Shown here: piece after piece, positions 9,574 to 18,111 of the stretch
Layout of the letters: every line of letters starts with the position of its first letter
Position numbering within the stretch: position 1 is the first letter of the stretch
Assembly: GCA_050300975.1 (NCBI GenBank)
Contig: JBNKYQ010000001.1
Coordinates: 1 to 41,711, forward strand
Source of the DNA: Kordiimonas sp.
GTDB taxonomy: Bacteria > Pseudomonadota > Alphaproteobacteria > Sphingomonadales > Kordiimonadaceae
Reading direction: 5' to 3'
DNA: 41,711 bases
The notes under the pieces: model-generated
Told to the model about the DNA's origin: nothing
The model's input: the letters and a program-made list of their open reading frames with translations, nothing else
Databases searched by the model: none
Position numbers and translations under genes: made by a program

Positions 9574-10533
9574 ATGGCGAAGGCTTTTGCTTCATCAGCT
9601 GATTTAGGTGAAAAAGTTGAGACACTTGAGGTGCTGGCCGACGGTGTCTATGCACTGACGGCGGAAGGTGATCCGAATATTGGCGCGATCGAAGGGGAAG
9701 ACTTCATCGTCGCTTTCGAAGCGCGCGCCACACCGGTTGCTGCTGGGGAATGGCTGAAGAAGCTGCGCCAGCACACCAAGAAACCCGTGAAATATCTGGT
9801 GCTTTCCCATTATCACGCCGTCCGCGTTCTGGGGGCTGCCGCGTTTGAGGCGGAAACCATCATCGCCCACGAGAAGACGGCTTTTCTGATCAATGAGCGC
9901 GGTAAGGAAGACTGGGATAGCGAATTTGGCCGGATGCCCCGCCTGTTCAAGGAGCCAGAGTCCATCCCGGGCTTGACCCATCCAGACATCACCTTCAATG
10001 ACAGGCTTGAGATCGAACTGGGCGGCGACCGTGGCACCCTTGTTCTGGAACATTGTGGGCGCGGGCACACGGCAGGTGACATTGTGGCCTGGCTACCCAA
10101 ACAGAAGGTCCTGTTCGCGGGTGACCTGGTCGAGGCCGAAGCCGCGCTTTATACTGGTGACGCCTTCCATATGGACTGGTCTTCTGGCACGCTTGATAAG
10201 GTCAAGGCCTATGGGGCCGAGGCGCTGATCGGCGGGCGTGGCGCGGTGGCTCATGGCCGCGACAAGGTCGATGCCGCGATCGAACAGACGCGGGAATTCC
10301 TCAAGACCATGATCCGGGAAGTGGGCGCAGCCCACAAGAATGGCGGCACGCTGAAGGATGCGTTTGAAGCAACCCATACGGCGCTTGCCCCCAAGTTCGG
10401 CGCCTGGCCGATTTTCGAACATTGCCTGCCCTTCAACGTGCAGCGCCTGTGGGACGAGTTCGAGGGCACCGACTGGCCGCGCATCTGGACCGCAGAGCGT
10501 GACCGCGAGGTCTGGGCCCAGTTGCAGGACTAA
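9574..10533 (+). CDS. MBL-fold metalloenzyme (cyclase-like subgroup, non-canonical metal motif)
   Basis: SHYHAVR, GHTAGD, LFAGDL motifs; RBS AGGAG. Confidence 0.88.
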   Translation: MAKAFASSADLGEKVETLEVLADGVYALTAEGDPNIGAIEGEDFIVAFEARATPVAAGEWLKKLRQHTKKPVKYLVLSHYHAVRVLGAAAFEAETIIAHEKTAFLINERGKEDWDSEFGRMPRLFKEPESIPGLTHPDITFNDRLEIELGGDRGTLVLEHCGRGHTAGDIVAWLPKQKVLFAGDLVEAEAALYTGDAFHMDWSSGTLDKVKAYGAEALIGGRGAVAHGRDKVDAAIEQTREFLKTMIREVGAAHKNGGTLKDAFEATHTALAPKFGAWPIFEHCLPFNVQRLWDEFEGTDWPRIWTAERDREVWAQLQD

Positions 10534-10563
10534 CGGTTCCGATTCCGAAGAAAGATCAATCGT

Positions 10564-12231
10564 ATGGCTTATGTTCCCCCTTCCTTCCCGGCTGTTGTGC
10601 CGGCGGCTGTCAAAAGCGGCGAAACCGAGCGCACGTCCATTTTGGTTGTGGGGGCAGGGCCGATCGGCCTTGCCACTGCGCTGGATCTGGGATTGCGCGG
10701 GCACCGGGTGATCGTTGTGGATCGGGGCACGCAGTTGTCGGATGGCTCCCGGGCTATCTGCTATGCAAAGCGCCCCCTCGAGATCATGGACCGTCTGGGC
10801 TTTGGCGAGGCGATGGTTGAAAAGGGCGTCAGCTGGAACATTGGCCGGGTGTTTTTCAAGGATGACCCAGAGCCTGTCTACAGCTTCGATTTGCTGCCCG
10901 AAAAGGACCAGAAATTCCCCGGGATGATCAACATCCAGCAGTACTATAACGAAGAGTTCAACCTGGCCGCGCTTGAGAAGCTGGACAATGTTGAAATCCG
11001 CTGGGGGAATGAGGTTACCTCTATTTCTGACGGCCCGGACGGTGTGGTCGCACAGATTGAAACACCTCAAGGCGGCTACGCGCTCGCCGCCAACTGGCTG
11101 GTCGCCTGCGACGGCGCCGGCTCGCCCACGCGGAAAATGCTGGGCATGGAATTCCAGGGCCAGACCTTCAAGGACAACTTCCTGATTGCCGATGTGAAGT
11201 TCAAGGCGGAGCGACCGACCGAACGGCACTTCTGGTTCGACCCCCCTTTCAACCCGGGGCAGTCGGTGCTGCTACATAAGCAGCCGGACGATGTCTGGCG
11301 TATCGACTTCCAGGTGGGCTGGGACATCGACCGTGAAGAGATCGTCAAGCCTGAGAATGTCACGCCGCGCATTAAGGCGATGCTCGGGGACGATGTCGAG
11401 TTCGAATATGAATGGATATCGGTGTACACTTTCAATTGCAGGCAGGTGAAGAACATGGTCCACGGCCATGTGGTCTTCGCCGGTGATTCCGCCCATCTGG
11501 TGTCGCCTTTCGGAGCGCGCGGGGCCAATACAGGCTTCCAGGATGCAGACAACCTAGCGTGGAAGCTGGACCTTGTGCTGAAGGGGAAGGCGAATGAAGG
11601 CCTGATCAGAAGCTATGACGAGGAACGCACGCTCGCGGCGGAAGTCAACATTCTCAATTCCACCCGGTCCACTGATTTCATTACGCCGAAAAGCCGGGCA
11701 TCCATGATGTTCCGGGACGCTACGCTTGAGCTTGCCAAGGATGTGTCTTGTGTGCGGGCTTTCGTGAATTCCGGTCGGCTTTCGATGCCCGTGCCATACC
11801 CTGCGTCAAGCCTCAATAGTCCCGATGAGGAGCCTTGGGATGGCGGCATCGCGCCCGGGACCAACACCATTGACGCTCCGATCAAGGTGGACGGCACCCC
11901 GGCCTGGTTCATCAACCAGTTGGGGTGGCAATTCAAAGCCGTGGTTTTCATGGGTGATGCGGTGCTGGACTCCAGCAATCGGACGGCACTGAAGGCCCTT
12001 GCTAAAGAAGATGTCCCGGTAGAAGTGCTGCTTGTTGGTACCGGCGCGGACGCCGATTTCCCCGTGCTTCATGACACGAAGGGGCTGTTGGCGGCCCGGC
12101 TTGGCGCCGACGTCGGTACTACATATCTGTTCAGGCCTGACCAGTATGTCGCTGCGCGATGGAAGCAGCCTCAGGCTGATAAAATCCAAAAGGCGTGTGA
12201 CGTCGCCGTCGCCCTGCAAGGAGGAAAATGA
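10564..12231 (+). CDS. FAD-dependent aromatic monooxygenase (PheA/TfdB/MhpA-like, with C-terminal thioredoxin-like domain)
   Basis: GAGPIG, VACDGAGS, AGDSAH..PFGARGANTG, YLFRPDQYVAARW motifs. Confidence 0.9.
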   Translation: MAYVPPSFPAVVPAAVKSGETERTSILVVGAGPIGLATALDLGLRGHRVIVVDRGTQLSDGSRAICYAKRPLEIMDRLGFGEAMVEKGVSWNIGRVFFKDDPEPVYSFDLLPEKDQKFPGMINIQQYYNEEFNLAALEKLDNVEIRWGNEVTSISDGPDGVVAQIETPQGGYALAANWLVACDGAGSPTRKMLGMEFQGQTFKDNFLIADVKFKAERPTERHFWFDPPFNPGQSVLLHKQPDDVWRIDFQVGWDIDREEIVKPENVTPRIKAMLGDDVEFEYEWISVYTFNCRQVKNMVHGHVVFAGDSAHLVSPFGARGANTGFQDADNLAWKLDLVLKGKANEGLIRSYDEERTLAAEVNILNSTRSTDFITPKSRASMMFRDATLELAKDVSCVRAFVNSGRLSMPVPYPASSLNSPDEEPWDGGIAPGTNTIDAPIKVDGTPAWFINQLGWQFKAVVFMGDAVLDSSNRTALKALAKEDVPVEVLLVGTGADADFPVLHDTKGLLAARLGADVGTTYLFRPDQYVAARWKQPQADKIQKACDVAVALQGGK

Positions 12232-12232
12232 C

Positions 12233-12445
12233 ATGGCATCCCTGACCCTCTCAGCGAACCTGAAAGAACATGACGACGTCTACCAGGCCATCATGGACAT
12301 GCACCGCGGCATGACAGATGACCAAAGTGAAAAGGCAACTGCGAAGCTGGTTCTGCTGCTGGCCAACCACATTGGGGATCCGCAGGTGATCCTGGAAGCG
12401 ACGGCCATTGTGCGCGCCAACACGCTCGAAGGCTGCGGCTCATAA
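12233..12445 (+). CDS. DUF2783 family small protein
   Basis: 70 aa MASLTLSANLKEHDDVYQAIMDMHRGM..AKLVLLLANHIGD; RBS GGAGG; starts 1 nt after the monooxygenase stop. Confidence 0.85.
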   Translation: MASLTLSANLKEHDDVYQAIMDMHRGMTDDQSEKATAKLVLLLANHIGDPQVILEATAIVRANTLEGCGS

Positions 12446-12557
12446 ATAATGATTTGTCCGGGGGCACCTGCATCTAGCTCAATCTCAATCCATCTAACTC
12501 TGTCCATCTAGAATAAGCCAACGACCTTATCTTGCGGGCAGCCAATCATACTCTGTG

Positions 12558-12583
12558 TGATCCACTTTGGGTGTGCCCGCGTA
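12558..12583 (+). promoter_or_regulatory. SigmaE (ECF11, RpoE-ChrR type) autoregulated promoter
   Basis: TGATCC (12558-12563)-N16-CGTA (12580-12583), matching the known RpoE/ChrR regulon motif, directly upstream of rpoE. Confidence 0.8.
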
Positions 12584-12591
12584 CCAAGGGC

Positions 12592-13302
12592 ATGAAAGCG
12601 CAGGCACAATATTTTGACGAGACTGGAAACAATCCAATTCTCGCGTTAATGTTCCCGATGATGGTTGGGGAATATACCAATGAGCGTGCCCGCATATCTG
12701 ACTGTCCGCGCTCAACAGCAAGGGTGGTTAACATAGCCGCAGTAGAAGAAGATATTGAAAGCCTGTCGCACGAAGAGCTGATGGCCCGTGTAGCAGAGCG
12801 CCGGGACAAGGCGGCTTTCAAACGGGTATTTGTCTATTTTGCGCCGCGACTGAAGGCCCACCTGATGTCCATGGGGGTCACGGCAGAAGTTGCAGAAGAC
12901 CTGATGCAGGAAGTCCTGATCAAGGTTTGGCGCAAGGCTCACCAGTTCCAGAGCGACAAGGCCAAATTGTCGACCTGGATGTTCCGGATCGCACGAAATG
13001 CCTTCATCGATTATCGCCGCCGGGTCAAATACCCGGAAGTAAACGCGGATGACCACCTGCATCATATGCAGGCTGATGAAGAAACCGACCGCCCGGTGAT
13101 TGAAAACCAGACAGCTGAGCGGGTTTCCAAGGCCATCGAGGAACTGAAGCCCAAATACAAGGAAGTGATTCACCTTTCCTTCTTTGAGGAACTATCCCAT
13201 TCCCAGATCGCGGAAAAGCTGTCGCTGCCGCTGGGGACAGTTAAATCGAGAATTAGACTGGCGTTTGGCGCCATGCGTGACGAGTTAGGAGAAATGGGAT
13301 GA
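12592..13302 (+). CDS. rpoE: ECF sigma factor RpoE (ECF11, singlet-oxygen/photo-oxidative stress type)
   Basis: Region 2 (AEDLMQEVLIKVWRKA..TWMFRIARNAFID) and region 4 (SHSQIAEKLSLPLGTVKSRIRLA); ATGA overlap with chrR. Start uncertain (12592, 12658 or 12724). Confidence 0.9.
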   Translation: MKAQAQYFDETGNNPILALMFPMMVGEYTNERARISDCPRSTARVVNIAAVEEDIESLSHEELMARVAERRDKAAFKRVFVYFAPRLKAHLMSMGVTAEVAEDLMQEVLIKVWRKAHQFQSDKAKLSTWMFRIARNAFIDYRRRVKYPEVNADDHLHHMQADEETDRPVIENQTAERVSKAIEELKPKYKEVIHLSFFEELSHSQIAEKLSLPLGTVKSRIRLAFGAMRDELGEMG

Positions 13303-13955
13303 CGCAAGTTGGGCTTATCCCTGATGAATGGTTGGTATCATATGCGGCTGGCGCCCTGTCGGACGAGCGGGCGCTCCTGGTGGCGAGCCATGTGGCTTAT
13401 CACCCTGGCCTAAAGGCCAGGGTTGCGGACGCGGAAGCCATCGGTGGCGCGCTTTTTGACGCCCAGGAGCCGACAGCTGATTTGGACTGCTCGTTTGACG
13501 CGCTGATGGCGCGGATAGACATGTCGGACATGGATGAAGAAGACGCGGCCCCTGTGCTGACGTCGGACCGCGATCTGCCGGCGGTGCTGCGGGCCTACCT
13601 CGACAAGCCGCTTGACGACTTGAAGTGGCGGATGATGGGCCCCGGCATGTACCAGCACAAGCTTTCAAACGGGCCCGACGGCGAGAAGCTCTGGCTTTTG
13701 AGGGCTCGTGGCGGCACGGAGATGCCGGTTCACGACCACAAGGGGCTTGAGATGACGCTGGTGCTGCGCGGCAGCTACCATGTAGGCGAGACGCGCTATG
13801 GGCCCGGCCAGTTGGAGCTGGCAGACAGTGATGTGGTGGATCACCAGCCCATGATTGACGAGGGCGAAGACTGCATTTGCCTTGTGGTTACTGACGCGCC
13901 AATCCGGCTCCACAGCTTTATCGGACGTATGGTTCAGCCTTTCATAGGCCTCTGA
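13299..13955 (+). CDS. chrR: ChrR-family anti-sigma-E factor (ASD + cupin)
   Basis: LVSYAAGAL..LLVASH N-terminal domain; cupin VHDHKGLEMTLVLRG..HQP..CICLVV; translationally coupled to rpoE. Confidence 0.9.
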   Translation: MTQVGLIPDEWLVSYAAGALSDERALLVASHVAYHPGLKARVADAEAIGGALFDAQEPTADLDCSFDALMARIDMSDMDEEDAAPVLTSDRDLPAVLRAYLDKPLDDLKWRMMGPGMYQHKLSNGPDGEKLWLLRARGGTEMPVHDHKGLEMTLVLRGSYHVGETRYGPGQLELADSDVVDHQPMIDEGEDCICLVVTDAPIRLHSFIGRMVQPFIGL

Positions 13956-14057
13956 TTTTTAAAGATTTTCCTGATCGGGGCTGGCCTTCGCCTTGCCCCG
14001 GCTCCGCCTTGCTGGCATAATCCCACCTTCTTGCTCTGAGTAGGCGGCGGCAAAAAT

Positions 14058-14072
14058 GAGACAAGCTGTCGC
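14058..14072. promoter_or_regulatory. Possible RegA/PrrA/RegR-type site upstream of the cbb3 operon
   Basis: GAGAC-AAGCT-GTCGC resembles the GNGNC-N5-GNCGC box; preceded by GCGGC; 14 nt upstream of the FNR box. Confidence 0.3.
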
Positions 14073-14086
14073 AGAGTTCCAAGTAT

Positions 14087-14100
14087 TTGACATTTGTCAA
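14087..14100. promoter_or_regulatory. FNR/FixK-type box for the cbb3 oxidase operon
   Basis: TTGAC-ATTT-GTCAA; TATGTT at 14122-14127 fits a box centred near -41.5. Confidence 0.85.
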
Positions 14101-14163
14101 TATACCGACGCTGTAAATCGGTATGTTGGCGACATGTTTGGTTGAATACAAAAGGCAACGCGG

Positions 14164-14898
14164 GTGGAGCTTTTTATCCAATATTGCCAAGCTGCCTTGG
14201 TTGATCATGGTAGCGTTATGGTGACCCTGTTTCTGGGCGGGCTTCTGGGCAGTCTGACGCACTGCGCCGGAATGTGCGGCCCATTTGTGCTTGCGCAAGT
14301 GGGAGCAGAGGCACCACGCGGTCAGGCGAAGGGCCTGAAGCGCGCGACAGGCGCCTTGCTCGTGCCCTACCATTTGGGCCGCATGACTACCTATATGATT
14401 CTTGGCGTTCTGGCAGCCAGCCTTTCGGGTTACCTGTTTGAGGCGCCCGCCCAACGTGCGGTGACTGTCGGCCTTCTGTGTGTGGCGGCGGTGCTTTTTC
14501 TCGCCGCTGCCTTTCCGGGCCTCAAGACCCGGGTATGGCCGCCTGTCCTCGGTCGCGCGCTTTCACACCTCGGTGGTGTGGTTGGTCGTGCCGCCCGCCC
14601 GTTCTTCGAGGCGCCGTCGGTGGTGCACCGTTACGCCCTCGGCGTCATTCTTGGATTTTTGCCTTGTGGCCTTCTGGCCGCGGCCTTGATGGCGGTTGCT
14701 TCAATCGCCAGCCCGCTTGCCGCAGCCATGGCCATGGGCGCCTTCTGTGTGGGCACCATGCCCGCGCTTTTTCTTATTGGGTCAGGGGGACAATTCGCCG
14801 TCAGGCGCTGGCCCCGTCACATGGCCACAGCCGTTCGCGGTGTGTTGGTCTTCAATAGTATCAGTTTGTTTGTCATAGCCAGCAGCATGGTTTTTTAA
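14164..14898 (+). CDS. DsbD_2 / TauE-SafE-like membrane protein associated with cbb3 oxidase biogenesis
   Basis: [37 protein letters not shown] motifs; GTG start. Confidence 0.88.
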   Translation: MELFIQYCQAALVDHGSVMVTLFLGGLLGSLTHCAGMCGPFVLAQVGAEAPRGQAKGLKRATGALLVPYHLGRMTTYMILGVLAASLSGYLFEAPAQRAVTVGLLCVAAVLFLAAAFPGLKTRVWPPVLGRALSHLGGVVGRAARPFFEAPSVVHRYALGVILGFLPCGLLAAALMAVASIASPLAAAMAMGAFCVGTMPALFLIGSGGQFAVRRWPRHMATAVRGVLVFNSISLFVIASSMVF

Positions 14899-14908
14899 GG
14901 ATGGAAAG

Positions 14909-16348
14909 ATGAATATGCTTTCAGAAAAACCGACTTATAACGATGAGATCGTGAAGCTTTTCACGATCGCGTCGGTATTTTGGGGCGTTGTGGGGTTCCT
15001 GGTCGGGGTGTTTATCGCACTCCAGATGGCGTTCCCACAGCTCAATATCGGGGAATATCTTACTTTCGGGCGCCTGCGTCCGCTTCACACGTCAGCCGTT
15101 ATCTTCGCCTTTGGCGGTAACGTGCTGTTTGCCACAAGCTACTATTCGGTGCAGCGCACCTGCCGGACCCGGCTTTGGGGTGACGGCTGGTCCAAATTCA
15201 CCTTCTGGGGCTATCAGCTCTTTATCGTCATGGCGGCGATTGGCTATGTCACAGGCGTGACGCAGGCCAAGGAATATGCCGAACCGGAATGGTATGCTGA
15301 CCTGTGGCTGACGCTGGTGTGGGTTGCCTACCTGGTGGTGTTCCTGATGACGCTGAAGAACCGCCGAGAGCCGCATATCTATGTGGCGAACTGGTTCTTC
15401 CTGGGCTTCATCGTGACGGTTGCTGTGCTGCACCTTGTGAACAACGTTTCCATCCCGACATCCTTCCTGGACACGAAATCCTACCCGCTGTGGGGTGGTG
15501 TGCAGTCTGCGATGATCCAGTGGTGGTACGGCCACAACGCGGTTGGCTTCTTCCTTACCGCAGGCTTCCTGGGGATCATGTATTACTTCGTGCCGAAGCG
15601 CGCGGGTCGTCCGGTCTATAGCTACCGCCTGTCGATCCTGCACTTCTGGTCACTGATCTTCATGTACATTTGGGCTGGCCCGCACCACCTGCATTACACT
15701 GCGTTGCCTGACTGGGCGCAGACCCTTGGCATGACCTTCTCGATCATGCTTTGGATGCCTTCCTGGGGCGGCATGATCAACGGTATGATGACGCTCTCTG
15801 GCGCGTGGCATAAACTGCGCGAGGACCCGGTTCTGAAGTTCATGATCATCTCGCTTGCCTTCTACGGCATGAGCACCTTCGAAGGGCCGCTGATGTCGAT
15901 CAAGGAAGTCAACGCGCTGAGCCACTATACAGACTGGACAATCGGCCACGTGCACTCTGGTGCCCTCGGCTGGGTGGCCTTCATCAGCTTCGGTGCGATC
16001 TATCACCTGGTGCCACGCCTGTGGGGCAAGACTGAACTCTACTCCCTCAAGCTTGTGAACACGCACCTGTGGATCTCCACTGTCGGCATCGTGCTCTATA
16101 TCGCATCCATGTGGGTGTCCGGCATCATGGAGGGCCTGATGTGGCGTTCCTACGACAGCATGGGCTTCCTTGAGTACAGCTTTATCGAGACGGTTGCTGC
16201 GAAGCACAATCTCTATCTGATCCGGGCACTGGGCGGTCTTTTGTTCCTCTCCGGCGCACTGATCATGGTCTACAACCTCATCAAAACTGTCCGCGGGGAC
16301 GCCGTTCCTGCCGCCAGCCTGAAGTCTGAGGAGGCAGCGCATGCTTAA
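14909..16348 (+). CDS. ccoN: cbb3-type cytochrome c oxidase subunit I
   Basis: [35 protein letters not shown] motifs. Confidence 0.98.
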   Translation: MNMLSEKPTYNDEIVKLFTIASVFWGVVGFLVGVFIALQMAFPQLNIGEYLTFGRLRPLHTSAVIFAFGGNVLFATSYYSVQRTCRTRLWGDGWSKFTFWGYQLFIVMAAIGYVTGVTQAKEYAEPEWYADLWLTLVWVAYLVVFLMTLKNRREPHIYVANWFFLGFIVTVAVLHLVNNVSIPTSFLDTKSYPLWGGVQSAMIQWWYGHNAVGFFLTAGFLGIMYYFVPKRAGRPVYSYRLSILHFWSLIFMYIWAGPHHLHYTALPDWAQTLGMTFSIMLWMPSWGGMINGMMTLSGAWHKLREDPVLKFMIISLAFYGMSTFEGPLMSIKEVNALSHYTDWTIGHVHSGALGWVAFISFGAIYHLVPRLWGKTELYSLKLVNTHLWISTVGIVLYIASMWVSGIMEGLMWRSYDSMGFLEYSFIETVAAKHNLYLIRALGGLLFLSGALIMVYNLIKTVRGDAVPAASLKSEEAAHA

Positions 16349-17075
16349 GAAACACACTGCGCTTGAGAAAAACTCGATCCTGATGCTGATCTTTGTTGTG
16401 ATCACCATCTCCATCGGGGGCATCATCGAGATCGTGCCACTGTTCCGCATGGAAACCACGATCGAACCCGTGAAGGGCGTCCGGCCCTACACCCCGCTTG
16501 AGCTGGCGGGCTATAACGTCTACCTGCGCGAAGGCTGCTACAACTGTCACAGCCAGCAGGTTCGTCCGCTTCGCGACGAAGTGGAACGCTATGGCCACTA
16601 TTCACTGGCAGCGGAAAGCATGTACGACCACCCGTTCCAGTGGGGCTCCAAGCGGACAGGCCCAGACCTGGCCCGCGTGGGCGGCAAATATTCCGACCTC
16701 TGGCACATTCAGCATATGACCCGTCCGCAGGACGTGGTGCCTGAATCGATCATGCCGCCTTATGCCCACCTGGCTCACCGGGGTGCAGACCTCGCGGACA
16801 TCGGCGAACATATGGAAGCGCTTCGGATGGTGGGCGTGCCCTACACCGACGAGCAGATCGCCAATGCCTATAATGACGCCATGGCGCAGGCACAGGACGA
16901 GAGTGATTATCACGACGGCCTGGCTGAGCGGTACAGCAAGGTAAACATGCGCAACTTCGATGGTCAGGAAACCACCACCGAGCTTGATGCCCTGATTGCC
17001 TATCTTCAGGTCCTCGGCACGATGGCGGAGCTGAAGGACTATACCCATGACGGTTCGAAGAGGAGCGGCGAATGA
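16341..17075 (+). CDS. ccoO: cbb3-type cytochrome c oxidase subunit II
   Basis: [25 protein letters not shown] motifs. Confidence 0.98.
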   Translation: MLKKHTALEKNSILMLIFVVITISIGGIIEIVPLFRMETTIEPVKGVRPYTPLELAGYNVYLREGCYNCHSQQVRPLRDEVERYGHYSLAAESMYDHPFQWGSKRTGPDLARVGGKYSDLWHIQHMTRPQDVVPESIMPPYAHLAHRGADLADIGEHMEALRMVGVPYTDEQIANAYNDAMAQAQDESDYHDGLAERYSKVNMRNFDGQETTTELDALIAYLQVLGTMAELKDYTHDGSKRSGE

Positions 17076-17224
17076 TCGACTGGATCTCCGATAATGCCGG
17101 CATGACCGGGCTCCTCTTCTTCTTCTCGACTTTTTGCGGGATCGCTATCTGGGCGTTCCGGCCGAGCAAGAAGAAGGTCATCGAAAACCACAGATTCATT
17201 CCTCTTGAAGGGGACGACGCATGA
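17072..17224 (+). CDS. ccoQ: cbb3-type cytochrome c oxidase subunit IV (absent from the ORF track)
   Basis: 50 aa [50 protein letters not shown]; ATGA overlaps with both ccoO and ccoP. Confidence 0.93.
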   Translation: MIDWISDNAGMTGLLFFFSTFCGIAIWAFRPSKKKVIENHRFIPLEGDDA

Positions 17225-18093
17225 GCGACCATAACATTGAAAAAGACGATTTCACCGGTGTTGAGACCACCGGTCATGAATGGGATGGCATCAAGGAACT
17301 GAATAACCCTGCGCCGCGCTGGTGGTTGTTTGTCCTCTTGCTGTGTATCCTGTGGGCCATTGGCTACTGGGTGGTTTACCCGGCTTGGCCAACCCTGTCG
17401 GGTGACGGCGAACGTGGCGGCACGCAAGGCAGAATGGGCTGGACCCAATATAGCCAGCTGAAGGAAAGCCAGGGTGAGATCGTGGCGCGCCGCGCTGCCT
17501 ACCTCGACCGCTTCAATGCTTCCTCGTTTGAGGAGATCGAAGCTGACGACACCCTTTATGCCTTCGCGGTTGCGGGCGGCGCTTCAGCATTCAAGGACAA
17601 TTGCGCCACCTGCCACGGCACGGGTGGGTCAGGCTCGGCGGGTTACCCGAACCTTCTGGACGATGACTGGCTCTGGGGCGGTGACGTGGACACCATCCAT
17701 GAAACCATCCGCGTTGGTATCCGCGGTGAGCATGATGAGACGCGCTTCTCAGAAATGCCTGCCTTTGGTGATATGCTGAACACAAAGGAAATCAGCGATA
17801 TTTCCGATTATGTGCTGAGCTTCACGAACGGCAGTGGCTACGCCGGTCCGGGCAAGGATCTCTTTGAACAGCAATGTTCTGCCTGCCACGGTACGGACGG
17901 CAAAGGTATCCGTGATTTCGGTGCCCCCAACCTTGCTGACGCCATCTGGTTCTATGGCGGCACCAAAGGGGACATCATGTCACAGATACGCCGGCCCAAG
18001 CATGGTGTAATGCCTTCATGGGCTGCCCGCCTTGACGAAAGCACAATCCGGCAGCTTGCCATTTATGTGCATTCGCTGGGTGGCGGCGAGTAG
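17221..18093 (+). CDS. ccoP: cbb3-type cytochrome c oxidase subunit III
   Basis: TTGHEWDGIKELNNP; two heme motifs CATCH and CSACH. Confidence 0.97.
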   Translation: MSDHNIEKDDFTGVETTGHEWDGIKELNNPAPRWWLFVLLLCILWAIGYWVVYPAWPTLSGDGERGGTQGRMGWTQYSQLKESQGEIVARRAAYLDRFNASSFEEIEADDTLYAFAVAGGASAFKDNCATCHGTGGSGSAGYPNLLDDDWLWGGDVDTIHETIRVGIRGEHDETRFSEMPAFGDMLNTKEISDISDYVLSFTNGSGYAGPGKDLFEQQCSACHGTDGKGIRDFGAPNLADAIWFYGGTKGDIMSQIRRPKHGVMPSWAARLDESTIRQLAIYVHSLGGGE

Positions 18094-18111
18094 GAACAGG
18101 AGCATCATCTG

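Noticed and set aside
12032-12232. N-terminal extension of the DUF2783 ORF in the track
   Set aside because: Overlaps the monooxygenase; a strong RBS supports ATG 12233.
13976-14001. GC-rich hairpin after chrR
   Set aside because: Imperfect stem with no U tract; not enough to call a terminator.
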